Below, in pieces: positions 21,086 to 31,245 of a stretch of 64,000 bases of DNA. The notes beneath the pieces are model-generated. The model had not been told where the DNA came from. It ran no database searches and was given only the letters and a program-made list of their open reading frames with translations. Numbering within the stretch: position 1 is the stretch's first letter; the number at the start of each line of letters is the position of its first letter. A program made the position numbers and the translations under genes. The DNA comes from an uncultured Actinomycetota bacterium (lineage in GTDB: Bacteria > Actinomycetota > Actinomycetes > CAVWCF01): assembly GCA_963753435.1 (NCBI GenBank), contig CAVWCF010000001.1, positions 768,001-832,000 of the forward strand, read 5' to 3'.

Positions 21086-23007
21086 TTGCTACCCGCCGGC
21101 ATGGCCAGCGGAAGCAATTGCCTGCCCGTGGGGCCGATCTGGATCTCAGTGCCCAACTGCGGGCAGACGCCGCAGTCAAAGCAGGGCGTCCATCGGCAGT
21201 CCTCGACCTCGACCTCGTTGAGGGAGTCCTGGTAGTCCTCCCACAGCCAGTCCTTGTCCAGACCGCTGTCGAGGTGATCCCAGGGCAATACTTCGGCGTG
21301 GTCGCGTTCCCGGGTCGTGAACCACCCAAGGCTCACCGGTTCGGGCAGCACATCGGCGGCGCTGACCCACCTGTCGAAGTCGAAGTGCTCGCTCCAGCCG
21401 TCGAAACGGGCCCCGGCCCGCCAGGCGGCCTCGATGACGGAAGCAACGCGGCGGTCGCCACGGCTCAAGAGTCCTTCGATGATCCCCGGCTTGCCGTCGT
21501 GGTACCGGAATCCGATCGCCCGGGCGTAGTCGCGGTCGGCCCGGATCTCCTCACGCAGCAGGCGCAGCCGTTCGTCGATTACTTCGTGGTCTGCCTGGGC
21601 GACCCACTGGAACGGCGTGTGCGGCTTGGGCACGAAGCCGCCGATCGAAACCGTGCAGCGGATGTCACGACGGCCACTGGCCTCGCGTCCGGCGCGGATC
21701 ACCTCCCGAGCCAGGCGAGCGATCTGCAGCACGTCGTCATCGGTCTCTGTCGGTAGGCCGCACATGAAGTACAACTTCACCTGCCGCCAGCCGGCCGCGT
21801 AGGCGGTAGTCACGGTCCGGATCAGGTCCGCTTCGGTGACCATCTTGTTGATGACCGCACGGATGCGTTCGGAGCCGCCTTCCGGAGCAAACGTCAGCCC
21901 GGAGCGACGACCGTTGCGGGTCAACTCGTTGGCCAGGTCCACGTTGAAGGCGTCCACCCGAGTACTTGGCAGCGACAGCGAGGTCTTGGACTCCTCGTAC
22001 CGGTCCGCCAGCCCGCGAGCGATGTCGGTGATTTCGCTGTGATCGGCGCTGGAAAGTGACAGCAGCCCGACTTCTTCGTAGCCGGTGGCTTGCAGGCCCC
22101 CGGCCACCATCTCGCCGATCCCGGTTATGGATCGTTCCCGGACCGGCCGCGTGATCATGCCGGCTTGGCAGAAGCGACAGCCTCTGGTGCAGCCGCGGAA
22201 GATCTCGACGCTCATGCGCTCATGCACGGTCTCGGCCAGGGGCACGACCGGCTTCTTCGGGTACGGCCACTCGTCCAGATCCGACACCGTGTGTTTGCTA
22301 ACCCGCCACGGGACCCCAGGCAGGTTCGGCGCGACTCTGCGGATTCGGCCATCCGCGGTGTACTCGACGTCGTAGAAGCCCGGCACGTACACACCTGCTT
22401 CGATGGCCAGCCGCTGCAGCAGGGCCGCGCGACCGCCGACCGATCCCCCGGACTTGAAGTCGGCCACCACAGCACTGATCCGCAACACCGCTTCTTCGCC
22501 GTCACCGAGGACCGCAGCGTCGATGAACTCTGCGATCGGCTCGGGGTTGAAGGCAGCGTGCCCACCGGCGATGACGATCGGGTCTTGCGACCCGCGATCG
22601 CGCGCGTGCAGGGGAATGCCGCTGAGGTCCAGGGCGGTGAGCAGATTCGTGTAGCCCAGTTCCGTCGAGAAGGACACGCCGAGCAGGTCGAAGTCGCGCA
22701 CGGGCAGGTGCGACTCCAGAGTGAACTGCGGGATCTGGTGTTCGCGCATGAGCGCCTCAAGGTCCGGCCAGACGCTGTAGGTGCGTTCGGCCATCGTGCC
22801 CGGCTGCTCGTTGAGTACCTCGTAGAGGATCTGCACGCCCTGGTTCGGCAGTCCAACCTCGTAGGCGTCGGGGTACATCAACGCCCACCGCACAGTCGCG
22901 GCGTCGAAGTCCTGGTAGGAGGCGTTCAACTCGCCACCCACGTACTGGACCGGCTTGCTCACCAGCGGAAGCAGCGGCTCCAGTCGGGCGAAAACGGACT
23001 GCGGCAT
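21082..23007 (-). CDS. B12-binding radical SAM protein (TIGR03960-like)
   Basis: KPVQYVGGELN, YPDAYEVG, RGCTRGCRFCQAG, C-terminal CxxxxCxxCxxC. Confidence 0.92.
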   Translation of the reverse strand: MPQSVFARLEPLLPLVSKPVQYVGGELNASYQDFDAATVRWALMYPDAYEVGLPNQGVQILYEVLNEQPGTMAERTYSVWPDLEALMREHQIPQFTLESHLPVRDFDLLGVSFSTELGYTNLLTALDLSGIPLHARDRGSQDPIVIAGGHAAFNPEPIAEFIDAAVLGDGEEAVLRISAVVADFKSGGSVGGRAALLQRLAIEAGVYVPGFYDVEYTADGRIRRVAPNLPGVPWRVSKHTVSDLDEWPYPKKPVVPLAETVHERMSVEIFRGCTRGCRFCQAGMITRPVRERSITGIGEMVAGGLQATGYEEVGLLSLSSADHSEITDIARGLADRYEESKTSLSLPSTRVDAFNVDLANELTRNGRRSGLTFAPEGGSERIRAVINKMVTEADLIRTVTTAYAAGWRQVKLYFMCGLPTETDDDVLQIARLAREVIRAGREASGRRDIRCTVSIGGFVPKPHTPFQWVAQADHEVIDERLRLLREEIRADRDYARAIGFRYHDGKPGIIEGLLSRGDRRVASVIEAAWRAGARFDGWSEHFDFDRWVSAADVLPEPVSLGWFTTRERDHAEVLPWDHLDSGLDKDWLWEDYQDSLNEVEVEDCRWTPCFDCGVCPQLGTEIQIGPTGRQLLPLAMPAGSK

Positions 23008-23071
23008 GAAGAACCTTTCGGGGAAGGCACAAGGGTAGCCGCGAACGGGGCAAACTCGTTTCGGCGCTCAG

Positions 23072-24241
23072 CTACAACTGGCTGCGGGCATGAATGTTCT
23101 GCAACAGCCCGATGGCCATCAGATTGGCCAGCATCGCCGAACCCCCGTAGGAGACGAACGGCAGTGGCAGCCCCGTGACGGGCATGATTCCCAGAGCCAT
23201 GCCGATGTTCTCGAAGGCCTGGAAAGCGAACCACGCGCCGATGCCCACTGCGGCCAGCGCACCGAACAGATCAGCCGCGCCCATCGCGATCCGCAGCGTT
23301 CGCCAGATGACCACGGACAGCAGCAAGATGATCGCCCCGGCCCCGATGAAGCCCAGTTCCTCGCCGGCAACGGTGAAGATGAAGTCCGTCTGCTGCTCCG
23401 GCACGAACCGGCCCGTGGTCTGCGTGCCCTGGAACAACCCGGTCCCGTCCCAGCCGCCGGCTCCGATGGCGATCCGCGCCTGGTTCACGTTGTAGCCGGC
23501 ACCGCGCGGATCCAGTTCGGGGTTGGCGAACGCGGCGAAGCGGTTCACCTGGTACTCGTCCAGCACGCCGAGCGCCACCGCTGCGGCGATGACGGCGACG
23601 CCACCCGCCAGCAGCGAAAGCACCCACCGGGCCGGTGTTCCGGCCACCGTCAGGACCGCGATGACGATGACACCCAGGATGGCCGTGGTTCCGAGGTCCG
23701 GCTGCAGCATGACCAGGACGACGGGGATAGCCGCGATCGCCAACGCCAGGCCGACATCGCGCCCTTCGGGCGCAGCCTCACGGTCCCGGCGTTCGGCCAG
23801 GATCACGGCCAGGCCCAGGCAGAGGGCGAACTTGGCGAACTCACTCGGCTGCAGGCTGAAGCCGCCGGGCAGCACGATCCAGGAGTGCGAACCGTTGATA
23901 GTCGAGCCCAGCGGCGAAAGCACTGCCACCAGACCGATGACGCTGCCGACGTAGACGACTGGCGCGTAGGCGCGGAGCAGGCGGTAGTCGGACAGGAACA
24001 CGATCACGCCGACGACCGCGCCCACGACGAGCAGCAGCAGATGCTTCTTCAGGAAGGACTCTGGGTCCTCGCCAGCGCTGATGAGCCGCGGCCGAGTGGC
24101 CGACCAGACCAGCAACGAGCCGAGCAACACGAGCCCACCGACCGCGGCCAGCAGCAGCCAGTCCAACCGGCGCAGCAGCGCAATCGGGGCGCTGTTGGTG
24201 CCCGGGCGGGCCGGCGATCGGTTCAGTCCGAGGGCGGTCAT
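23072..24241 (-). CDS. rodA: Rod shape-determining SEDS protein RodA
   Basis: QPSEFAK, QPDLGT, PEQQTDFIF, GIMPVTGLPLPFVSYGGS. Confidence 0.96.
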   Translation of the reverse strand: MTALGLNRSPARPGTNSAPIALLRRLDWLLLAAVGGLVLLGSLLVWSATRPRLISAGEDPESFLKKHLLLLVVGAVVGVIVFLSDYRLLRAYAPVVYVGSVIGLVAVLSPLGSTINGSHSWIVLPGGFSLQPSEFAKFALCLGLAVILAERRDREAAPEGRDVGLALAIAAIPVVLVMLQPDLGTTAILGVIVIAVLTVAGTPARWVLSLLAGGVAVIAAAVALGVLDEYQVNRFAAFANPELDPRGAGYNVNQARIAIGAGGWDGTGLFQGTQTTGRFVPEQQTDFIFTVAGEELGFIGAGAIILLLSVVIWRTLRIAMGAADLFGALAAVGIGAWFAFQAFENIGMALGIMPVTGLPLPFVSYGGSAMLANLMAIGLLQNIHARSQL

Positions 24242-26442
24242 GAGGTGAGCCTCCGCATCGGCCGCCGCCGCGGCGCGGCGGTCGCGGTCGGTGTAGCAGC
24301 GGTACCTGCTGGCGTTGTGGGCGCGGATGCGTCGCCCTCGGCGCCCAGCACCGTGCCGTCAGTGCGGATGGTGGGCAATGCCGCCGGCGGTGCCCCCGTC
24401 GGGAAGATCGCGTTGGCGGGGTTGACGGTGCTGCCGGTGACCCCGAACAGCGCCTCGTAGATCGCGCGCACGGAGCGACCGGAAGTGCCCGAACCGGTGC
24501 CACCCTGGCTGACCATCATGACCACGGCGTACTGCGGATCGTCAGCCGGTGCGAACGAAGCGAACCAGGACGTGGTCTGCTTGCCGGCCACCTCACCGGT
24601 TCCGGTCTTCGTGGCAACCGGGATCTCGCCCAGCGGGAACCCGGCGAACGGTGCCCGCCCGGTGCCGTCAGTGGTGACTCCGGCGAGCGCGTCGATGAGG
24701 TAGCGGCGGACCTGGTCGGACACGGGTATCTGCCCGGCGACCTGGGGCGTGAACTCTTCAACGACGTCGCCGTCCGGGGACATGACGGCGCGGGCCACCT
24801 GCGGGGTGTAGATGGTTCCACCGTTGGCCAGCGACGCGTAGACGCTGGCCATCTGCAGCGGTGTCACCAGCGTTTCGCCCTGCCCGATGGAGAAGTTGAC
24901 GGCGTCACCGGCCCGGTAGCGGAAACCGTCAACGCAGTTCTCCTCGGCGATCGCCTTGAGCAGGCGCGCCCGACTGGCGTCGGTCACCTCCGGGTACCCG
25001 GTCTCGGCCCGGCGGCAGTAGGTGTCCTTGTTCTGCTCCCAGTTGCTCTCCCGGGACTCCCTCGTGACGATCCGCCCACCCTTCTCGCTGGGCAGGTCGA
25101 TGCCGGTCGGCTCCCCGAGACCCCAGCCGAGTGCCTCGTTGACCATGTAGTCCTTCGGTGCATCGACTGGGCGGTTGCCGCCGTCGCGCACCCACATGTT
25201 GTAGGCGAAGTCGTAGTACACGGTGTCGCACGACACCTCGATGGTCCGCTTCAGCGTGATGTCGCCGTATGCGCGGGATTCGTAGTTCTTGAAGGTTCGG
25301 TTGCCGACCTCGTAGCTGCCGGTACACGGGTAGGTGCCGTTGAGGGAATATCCGCCCTTGACCGCAGCCGACGTGGAGATCACCTTGAACGTCGACGCCG
25401 GGGCGAACTCACCGGTGACCGCGCGGGAGATCAGCGGAGTGCCGGACTCCTCGCTCGTCAGTGCGTCGTAGTCGTCTTGGCCGATGCCGCCGACCCACAC
25501 AGTCGGGTCGTAGGAGGGATAACTGGCCATGGCCAGGACGGCCCCGGTCTTCACGTCTAGAACCACGGCCGCACCGGAGTCAGCCTTGTAGAGGCGTCCG
25601 GACTTGTCCTCAAGGCCACGAGCGCGCTCGATGGCCTCCAACAGGGCTTTCTCGGTGACCGCTTGCAGGCGCGCGTCGAGGTTGGTCACCACGTAGTTGC
25701 CAGGGACCGCGGGGTCCTCACCGATCGTTCCGCTGACGACTCCGGCCTTGTCCACGGCAAGCCGCTTCACTCCTGGTTCGCCGCGCAGATGGGTGTCGTA
25801 CTGCCGCTCTAGCCCGGCGCGACCGATGCTGTCGCTGCGGCGCAGGACACTGTCGCTGCCTGCTGCCTCGGCGACCTCCTCGTCGGTGACCGGTCCGAGG
25901 TAGCCGAGCAGGTGTGCGGCGTTGGCACCTTCGGGCGCGGGGTACTCCCGGACGGCTTCCACCTGGGCGGTGACGCCGGGGAAGTCTTCGCGACGCTCCA
26001 GAATTTCCAGCGCCGCCGTCTCATCGACGTCCCGGGCGACCGGGATCGGCTGGTACGGCGAACCGTTCCAGCAGACCGGCGGCTTGGGTGCGCCGTCCTC
26101 GCCGCACAGGAGCAAACGTTGGGCCAGCTGCTCCCCCGTGCCGCCGATGAGGCCGGCCAGGCGGTCGAGCACGCCCTCGTCCTCGGCGTTGGCGATCTCG
26201 GTGCGGTCCACCGAAACGACCAGCGAGGTGCGGTTGCGCACCAGCGCCTGGCCGGACGAGTCCAGGATCAACCCCCGCACCGGTGAGGTGATTACCTCCC
26301 GCTCGCTGTTGGCGGTAGCCGCCGCGGTGTAGGTGTCCCCGGTCACGACCTGGAGGTACCAGAGGCGACCGAGCAGCGTCGCCATCAGTGACAGCACCAG
26401 TACTTGCAGGACGACGAGCCGAAGCCGGGACCGGTCGCTCAC
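24238..26442 (-). CDS. mrdA: Penicillin-binding protein 2
   Basis: RLWYLQV, PASTFK (SxxK), SCD (SxN variant), KTGT. Confidence 0.95.
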   Translation of the reverse strand: MSDRSRLRLVVLQVLVLSLMATLLGRLWYLQVVTGDTYTAAATANSEREVITSPVRGLILDSSGQALVRNRTSLVVSVDRTEIANAEDEGVLDRLAGLIGGTGEQLAQRLLLCGEDGAPKPPVCWNGSPYQPIPVARDVDETAALEILERREDFPGVTAQVEAVREYPAPEGANAAHLLGYLGPVTDEEVAEAAGSDSVLRRSDSIGRAGLERQYDTHLRGEPGVKRLAVDKAGVVSGTIGEDPAVPGNYVVTNLDARLQAVTEKALLEAIERARGLEDKSGRLYKADSGAAVVLDVKTGAVLAMASYPSYDPTVWVGGIGQDDYDALTSEESGTPLISRAVTGEFAPASTFKVISTSAAVKGGYSLNGTYPCTGSYEVGNRTFKNYESRAYGDITLKRTIEVSCDTVYYDFAYNMWVRDGGNRPVDAPKDYMVNEALGWGLGEPTGIDLPSEKGGRIVTRESRESNWEQNKDTYCRRAETGYPEVTDASRARLLKAIAEENCVDGFRYRAGDAVNFSIGQGETLVTPLQMASVYASLANGGTIYTPQVARAVMSPDGDVVEEFTPQVAGQIPVSDQVRRYLIDALAGVTTDGTGRAPFAGFPLGEIPVATKTGTGEVAGKQTTSWFASFAPADDPQYAVVMMVSQGGTGSGTSGRSVRAIYEALFGVTGSTVNPANAIFPTGAPPAALPTIRTDGTVLGAEGDASAPTTPAGTAATPTATAAPRRRPMRRLTS

Positions 26443-26539
26443 AGGCGGCGCTCCTTGCGGTTTCGGGCTCAGGTGGTGCGACGGATGCGCGGCCGTTCGG
26501 GTTCCGTCTCATACACAGTTCCGTCACTGCCACGTTCCA

Positions 26540-27058
26540 TCACAGCCGCGCCGGGGAGTCGTAGGCGGCCGCCCGGCGAGCCAGGGCGGTGACCCCGGGG
26601 ACCACAAACGGCGCGAGGACCACAGCGTAGACGACCGCGGAGGGCACGGTTCTCAGCAGAACTGCAGCATCGGCACGATCATCACCGACGAGAAGCAGTA
26701 GCAGGCCGTAGCCGACCGTCACCGCGGCGACCAGCCCCGCAGACACCACCAGCAACTCCCACACCGCCCGTTCCCCCGGACGCCGCATGCGCCCGGCGGC
26801 CCAGCCAGCCAGCACGTAGAGCAGCGCCCACGCCCCGAGGGGGCCGTCGGCCGGGGAGATCAGGTCCCAGGACAACCCGGCGGCAAACCCGACCACCGAC
26901 CCGGATACCGGCCCCCACGAGATGGCCAGGGCGATCACCACAAGCAGTAGCAGGTCGGGGGTGGCCCCCGGCAAGGGCAGCCGCGTCAACACCACCGACT
27001 GGACGAACAACGAGCTCAGCAGCAGCGCGGCTGCCAGGGCCACCTGGCGGACGTTCAC
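26540..27058 (-). CDS. mreD: Rod shape-determining protein MreD
   Basis: Hydrophobic, PDLLLLVV, GFAAGL; position after mreC. Confidence 0.92.
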   Translation of the reverse strand: MNVRQVALAAALLLSSLFVQSVVLTRLPLPGATPDLLLLVVIALAISWGPVSGSVVGFAAGLSWDLISPADGPLGAWALLYVLAGWAAGRMRRPGERAVWELLVVSAGLVAAVTVGYGLLLLLVGDDRADAAVLLRTVPSAVVYAVVLAPFVVPGVTALARRAAAYDSPARL

Positions 27059-27912
27059 GGGGTTGCGGCCTCCGGCAGCACCGCGTCTCGCGGGTCGGTC
27101 CGTGGCGGCTGCACGACCACGCCAACGGTGTCCAGAGCCGTCATGTCGGCGTAAGTGCGAACCTGCGCCACCCGCTCCAGCGAGCCGGCGACCCGGCTCA
27201 CCGAGATGACTTCACCGATCGGCACCCCTGGGACGAAGGGCGTGCCGTCGGGTGAGCCGAACGAAACCACTCGCGCCCCCTCCGCGACTGTCACAAGCGG
27301 GTCCAGGACCTGCATCTGCAGCGGGGACAGCCCCTGACCACTGACCACGCCCAGTTCGCCGGTGCCCTCCAGCCGCGCGCCCACCGAGGACTTCGGGTCG
27401 ACGATGAGGAGCACCGCCGCCGTGCTGGCGGTTACCGACTTCACCCGGCCAACCAAGCCGTCGCCGTTGATCACCGTCATGTCCTCAGCGATGCCGTCGT
27501 TGCTGCCGGCGTCAATGGTCACCGTCCAAGCGAACCCTTGCTCGGGGCCGATGGCGATAACGCGGGCGGGGACCGTCTGGTACTGGCCCGCCTCGGCGAC
27601 GCGCAGCAAGGCGTCCAACTCGGCAGCCCGTCGGCGGGCCTCCTCCGAGGTGCGCAACTGCGCACGCAGCTCGTCATTCTCGGCCTCCAACTCGGCCAGG
27701 CGAGCGGCTTCGTCCGCGCCGATCCCGCCGAAGAAATCCCCGATCGGCCGGACGACCGAGTCAACCGCCCGCTGGACCGGCCCGAAGACCGCGCCCGCCG
27801 CCCCGCGCAGACCGCTGAACGGCGAGGACCCGCGCACGTCAAGCAGGATCAAGGAGATCGTGGCTACCAGGAGCACGCCCAGCACGATCCGCGTGCGTCG
27901 GTCATCCCTCAT
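27055..27912 (-). CDS. mreC: Rod shape-determining protein MreC
   Basis: TM helix, coiled coil, TIDAGSNDGI, GLVGRV, PGVPIGEV. Confidence 0.95.
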   Translation of the reverse strand: MRDDRRTRIVLGVLLVATISLILLDVRGSSPFSGLRGAAGAVFGPVQRAVDSVVRPIGDFFGGIGADEAARLAELEAENDELRAQLRTSEEARRRAAELDALLRVAEAGQYQTVPARVIAIGPEQGFAWTVTIDAGSNDGIAEDMTVINGDGLVGRVKSVTASTAAVLLIVDPKSSVGARLEGTGELGVVSGQGLSPLQMQVLDPLVTVAEGARVVSFGSPDGTPFVPGVPIGEVISVSRVAGSLERVAQVRTYADMTALDTVGVVVQPPRTDPRDAVLPEAATP

Positions 27913-27941
27913 CTGCGCTCAGCCAAGCGGCGCTGCGCGCA

Positions 27942-28973
27942 TCAACTGCGCGGTTCGGAGATCAGCACCTGCTGGAGCTTGTCGAAGTCCTCCACGCACT
28001 TGCCCGACCCCATCGCAACGGAGTCCAGCGGCGTGTCGGCGACCAGGATCGGCATGCCGGTCTCGTGCTTCAGCCGCTCGTCCAGACCCTTGAGCAGCGC
28101 GCCGCCACCGGTCAGGACGATCCCGCGGTCCATGATGTCGCCGGACAGTTCCGGTGGGCACTTATCCAGCGTCTCCTTGACCGCGTCGACGATCGAGTTG
28201 ACCGGCTCTTCCAGAGCCTTACGGATCTCTTCGCTGGAAACCACGATCGTCTTGGGTAGACCGCTGACCAGGTCGCGACCGCGGATCTCGGCGTTGGGCT
28301 CATCGGGCATCGGGAAGGCCGAGCCGATGGCCATCTTGATCTCCTCGGCCGTGCGCTCGCCAAGGAGCAACTGGTACTCCTTCTTGACGTGCTGGATGAT
28401 CGCGCTGTCCAGTTCGTCGCCGCCGACGCGGATGCTCTGGGCGGCGACAATCCCGCCGAGGGAGATCACAGCGACCTCGGTAGTTCCGCCACCGATGTCT
28501 ACGACCATGTTTCCGGTCGGCTCACCCACCGGCAGCCCGGCGCCGATGGCTGCAGCCATTGGCTCCTCGATGATGAACACACGACGGGCGCCAGCTGCGT
28601 ATGCGGCGTCTTTGACGGCTCGCTGCTCCACCCCGGTGATTCCCGACGGCACACAGATGACGACGCGCGGCTTGGCCAGGTGGCGGCGCTTGTGCACCTT
28701 CTGGATGAAGTAGCGCAGCATGCGCTCGGTGGTATCGAAGTCGGCGATTACGCCGTCCTTGAGCGGGCGGATGGCAACGATGTTGCCCGGGGTGCGACCG
28801 ATCATCCGCTTGGCTTCGGCGCCAACGGCCAGGATGTTGCCGGCGGTCTGGTTGATCGCCACCACGGACGGCTCGTTCAGGACGATGCCGCGACCGCGGA
28901 CGTAGACGAGCGTGTTGGCAGTGCCGAGGTCGACGGCCATATCGCGGCCGACGAAACTGGTTTGACTGGCCAT
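27942..28973 (-). CDS. mreB: Cell shape protein MreB
   Basis: [35 protein letters not shown]. Confidence 0.98.
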   Translation of the reverse strand: MASQTSFVGRDMAVDLGTANTLVYVRGRGIVLNEPSVVAINQTAGNILAVGAEAKRMIGRTPGNIVAIRPLKDGVIADFDTTERMLRYFIQKVHKRRHLAKPRVVICVPSGITGVEQRAVKDAAYAAGARRVFIIEEPMAAAIGAGLPVGEPTGNMVVDIGGGTTEVAVISLGGIVAAQSIRVGGDELDSAIIQHVKKEYQLLLGERTAEEIKMAIGSAFPMPDEPNAEIRGRDLVSGLPKTIVVSSEEIRKALEEPVNSIVDAVKETLDKCPPELSGDIMDRGIVLTGGGALLKGLDERLKHETGMPILVADTPLDSVAMGSGKCVEDFDKLQQVLISEPRS

Positions 28974-29107
28974 AACGGGAAGGGGCCTCCGGGCTTGACG
29001 ACTTGAGTCCGAGGAGCGGCGAAACGGTTTCCCGCCGCCACTGCGCGGCCCCCCATGGTAGCCGGGCTACGGACCCTCCCAATCCACGTCCCAGCAGGTT
29101 GGGTGGC

Positions 29108-29515
29108 TCAGGCCTGAGGGAAGAACAGCCCGATCTCGCGCTCAGCCGACTCCGGGGAGTCCGACCCGTGGACGATGTTGTTCTGCACCATCGTGGCGAA
29201 ATCCCCGCGAATGCTGCCCGTAGTCGCGGACACGGGATCGGTGGCCCCGGCCAGTTGCCGGAACGCCTCGATCGCGCGGTCACCCTCGACGATCATGGCC
29301 ACGAGCGGTCCGGACGTGATGAACGTCACCAGATCGGCGAAGAACGGCTTCTCCGCGTGCTCGCCGTAGTGCGTGCGTGCGGTCTCGGCGTCCAGTGTCC
29401 GCATCTGCAGGGCGGTCACCCGCAGGCCCTTGCGTTCTATTCGGCCAATGACCTCGCCGATCAGTCCTCGGGCCACGCCGTCCGGCTTGACCAGGACCAG
29501 GGTGCGTTCGCTCAC
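29108..29515 (-). CDS. ndk: Nucleoside diphosphate kinase
   Basis: [27 protein letters not shown]. Confidence 0.98.
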   Translation of the reverse strand: MSERTLVLVKPDGVARGLIGEVIGRIERKGLRVTALQMRTLDAETARTHYGEHAEKPFFADLVTFITSGPLVAMIVEGDRAIEAFRQLAGATDPVSATTGSIRGDFATMVQNNIVHGSDSPESAEREIGLFFPQA

Positions 29516-29854
29516 TCAGGCCTCCTCTGCAGAGTCCGGAACAGTACCGCCGCTGGCTGCCGCGCGCCCCAACACGATGGCGGTCACCCAAAGGGCGGCG
29601 AACACGCCACCGACCACGAACATCACCGGGATCACGAACCCAGTGGCCACGACACCGACCTGAATCAGCGATCCGAGCACGTATCCAAGTCGGTAGCGCA
29701 GCAGCGCCGCAGCCAGGATGCAGGCGAGCGCCAGACCGGCGCCGACGGCCACGGCCCGACCGGTCGGTACGTCCTCGACAGTGGTCGCCACCGGAATGGC
29801 CAACAAGACCACGACCGATTCGAAGGCCAGGACGCTGGCGGCCAGCACCCGCAC
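29516..29854 (-). CDS. DUF4233-like membrane protein
   Basis: LAASVLAFESVVVLLAIPV; 3-4 TM helices; conserved folC-X-ndk order. Confidence 0.8.
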   Translation of the reverse strand: MRVLAASVLAFESVVVLLAIPVATTVEDVPTGRAVAVGAGLALACILAAALLRYRLGYVLGSLIQVGVVATGFVIPVMFVVGGVFAALWVTAIVLGRAAASGGTVPDSAEEA

Positions 29855-29856
29855 GA

Positions 29857-31203
29857 CTACGCCTCCGCCATCCCGGCCAGTAGCCGCGCCTGCGCCGCCA
29901 AGGTCACCGAGCCGGTGACCAGCAGGGCCCCGTTCGGGGTCGCCGCCGCCGCTTCGCAGCCGGCGGTCCAGGCGTCCGGTAGTCGCTCGATCACTTCCAC
30001 CCGTTCGGCGCCGAATGCGGCCGCAGCCGCTATTCCAAGTTCCGCAGCAGGCATCGCCCGCGGCGACGGCGCCGTGGTCACGATCACCCGGTCCGGCCGC
30101 CCGGCGGCGGCGAGTGTCCCGGCGACGTCCTTGTCGGCGAGCATGCCGATCAGCAGCGTGAGTTCGTCTACGGCAAAGGCCTCGGTGAAGCCCGACACGG
30201 CCGCATTCATCCCCGCCGGGTTGTGCGCGGCATCTACGACGACCAGCGGTTGTCGGCCCACGACCTCCAGCCGTCCTGGAGAGGTGACGGCGGCGAATCC
30301 GGCCGCCACGGAGTCCGGGTCCAGTCTGGTCCGGCCGCCGCCGAGGAACGCTTCTACCGCCGCCAGCGCCACGGCGGCGTTGGCAGCTTGGTGCGGCCCG
30401 TGCAGGGGCAGCAGGAAGGGCGGGTAGTCCCCCGCCGTTCCGCGCAGCGTCAGCAACTGGCCGCCGACTGCAACTGAGCGATCGAGCACTTCGAAGTCGG
30501 CGCCCTGACGCAGGGCCCGGGCGCCCAGCGCCGTCACCTGGTCGTCCAGCACCGTCTGCGCGGTCGGGTGCTGTGCGGCCAGGACGGCGATCGATTCGGC
30601 CGACAAGATGCCCGCCTTCTCCGCGGCGATCGCAGCCAGGTCAGCGCCGAGGTAATCCATGTGGTCCATCGCCACCTGCGTGATTACCGCTACGGCGGAC
30701 TCGGCGACATTGGTTGCATCCCAGCGACCACCCATCCCCGCCTCAATCACGGCAACGTCGACCGGGGCATCGGCGAAAGCTGCGAACGCGACAGTCGTCA
30801 GCGCCTCGAAGTAGGACGGAATGGGCTGGTCCGCCTCCTTGCTGCGTTCGTCCGCCCACCGCAGTGACGGCTCAATGTCGTCGTAGGCGGTGACGAACCG
30901 CTCGGCCGAGATCGGCTCGCCGGACAGGTGAATCCGCTCGGTGATGCTGTGCAGGTGCGGGCTGGTGAACAGGCCGGTCTTGAATCCGAACGTCCGCAGC
31001 AGGGAGTCGATCATCCGGGCGGTGGAGGTCTTGCCGTTGGTTCCGGCCACCTGGATGACCGGGGCGGCCAGGTGGGGCGAACCCAGCACGTCCACCAGGA
31101 ACGCCATCCGGTCCAACGTGGGGTCGATTCGGGATTCCGGCCATCGGGAGGTCAACTGCGACTCGACTGCAATCAGTCGCTCTTGGGCGTCGGCGTCGGT
31201 CAC
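29857..31203 (-). CDS. folC: Folylpolyglutamate synthase/dihydrofolate synthase
   Basis: [42 protein letters not shown]; start GTG 31203. Confidence 0.96.
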   Translation of the reverse strand: MTDADAQERLIAVESQLTSRWPESRIDPTLDRMAFLVDVLGSPHLAAPVIQVAGTNGKTSTARMIDSLLRTFGFKTGLFTSPHLHSITERIHLSGEPISAERFVTAYDDIEPSLRWADERSKEADQPIPSYFEALTTVAFAAFADAPVDVAVIEAGMGGRWDATNVAESAVAVITQVAMDHMDYLGADLAAIAAEKAGILSAESIAVLAAQHPTAQTVLDDQVTALGARALRQGADFEVLDRSVAVGGQLLTLRGTAGDYPPFLLPLHGPHQAANAAVALAAVEAFLGGGRTRLDPDSVAAGFAAVTSPGRLEVVGRQPLVVVDAAHNPAGMNAAVSGFTEAFAVDELTLLIGMLADKDVAGTLAAAGRPDRVIVTTAPSPRAMPAAELGIAAAAAFGAERVEVIERLPDAWTAGCEAAAATPNGALLVTGSVTLAAQARLLAGMAEA

Positions 31204-31245
31204 GGGTGGGAGTCTAGGTTCGACCCGCACCTAGGATTCCCGCTC

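Noticed and set aside
20285-23007. Radical SAM pair as a novel RiPP system
   Set aside because: This is a widely conserved pair in its standard rodA-rne position, with no precursor peptide nearby. Its function is unknown, but the pair itself is already described.
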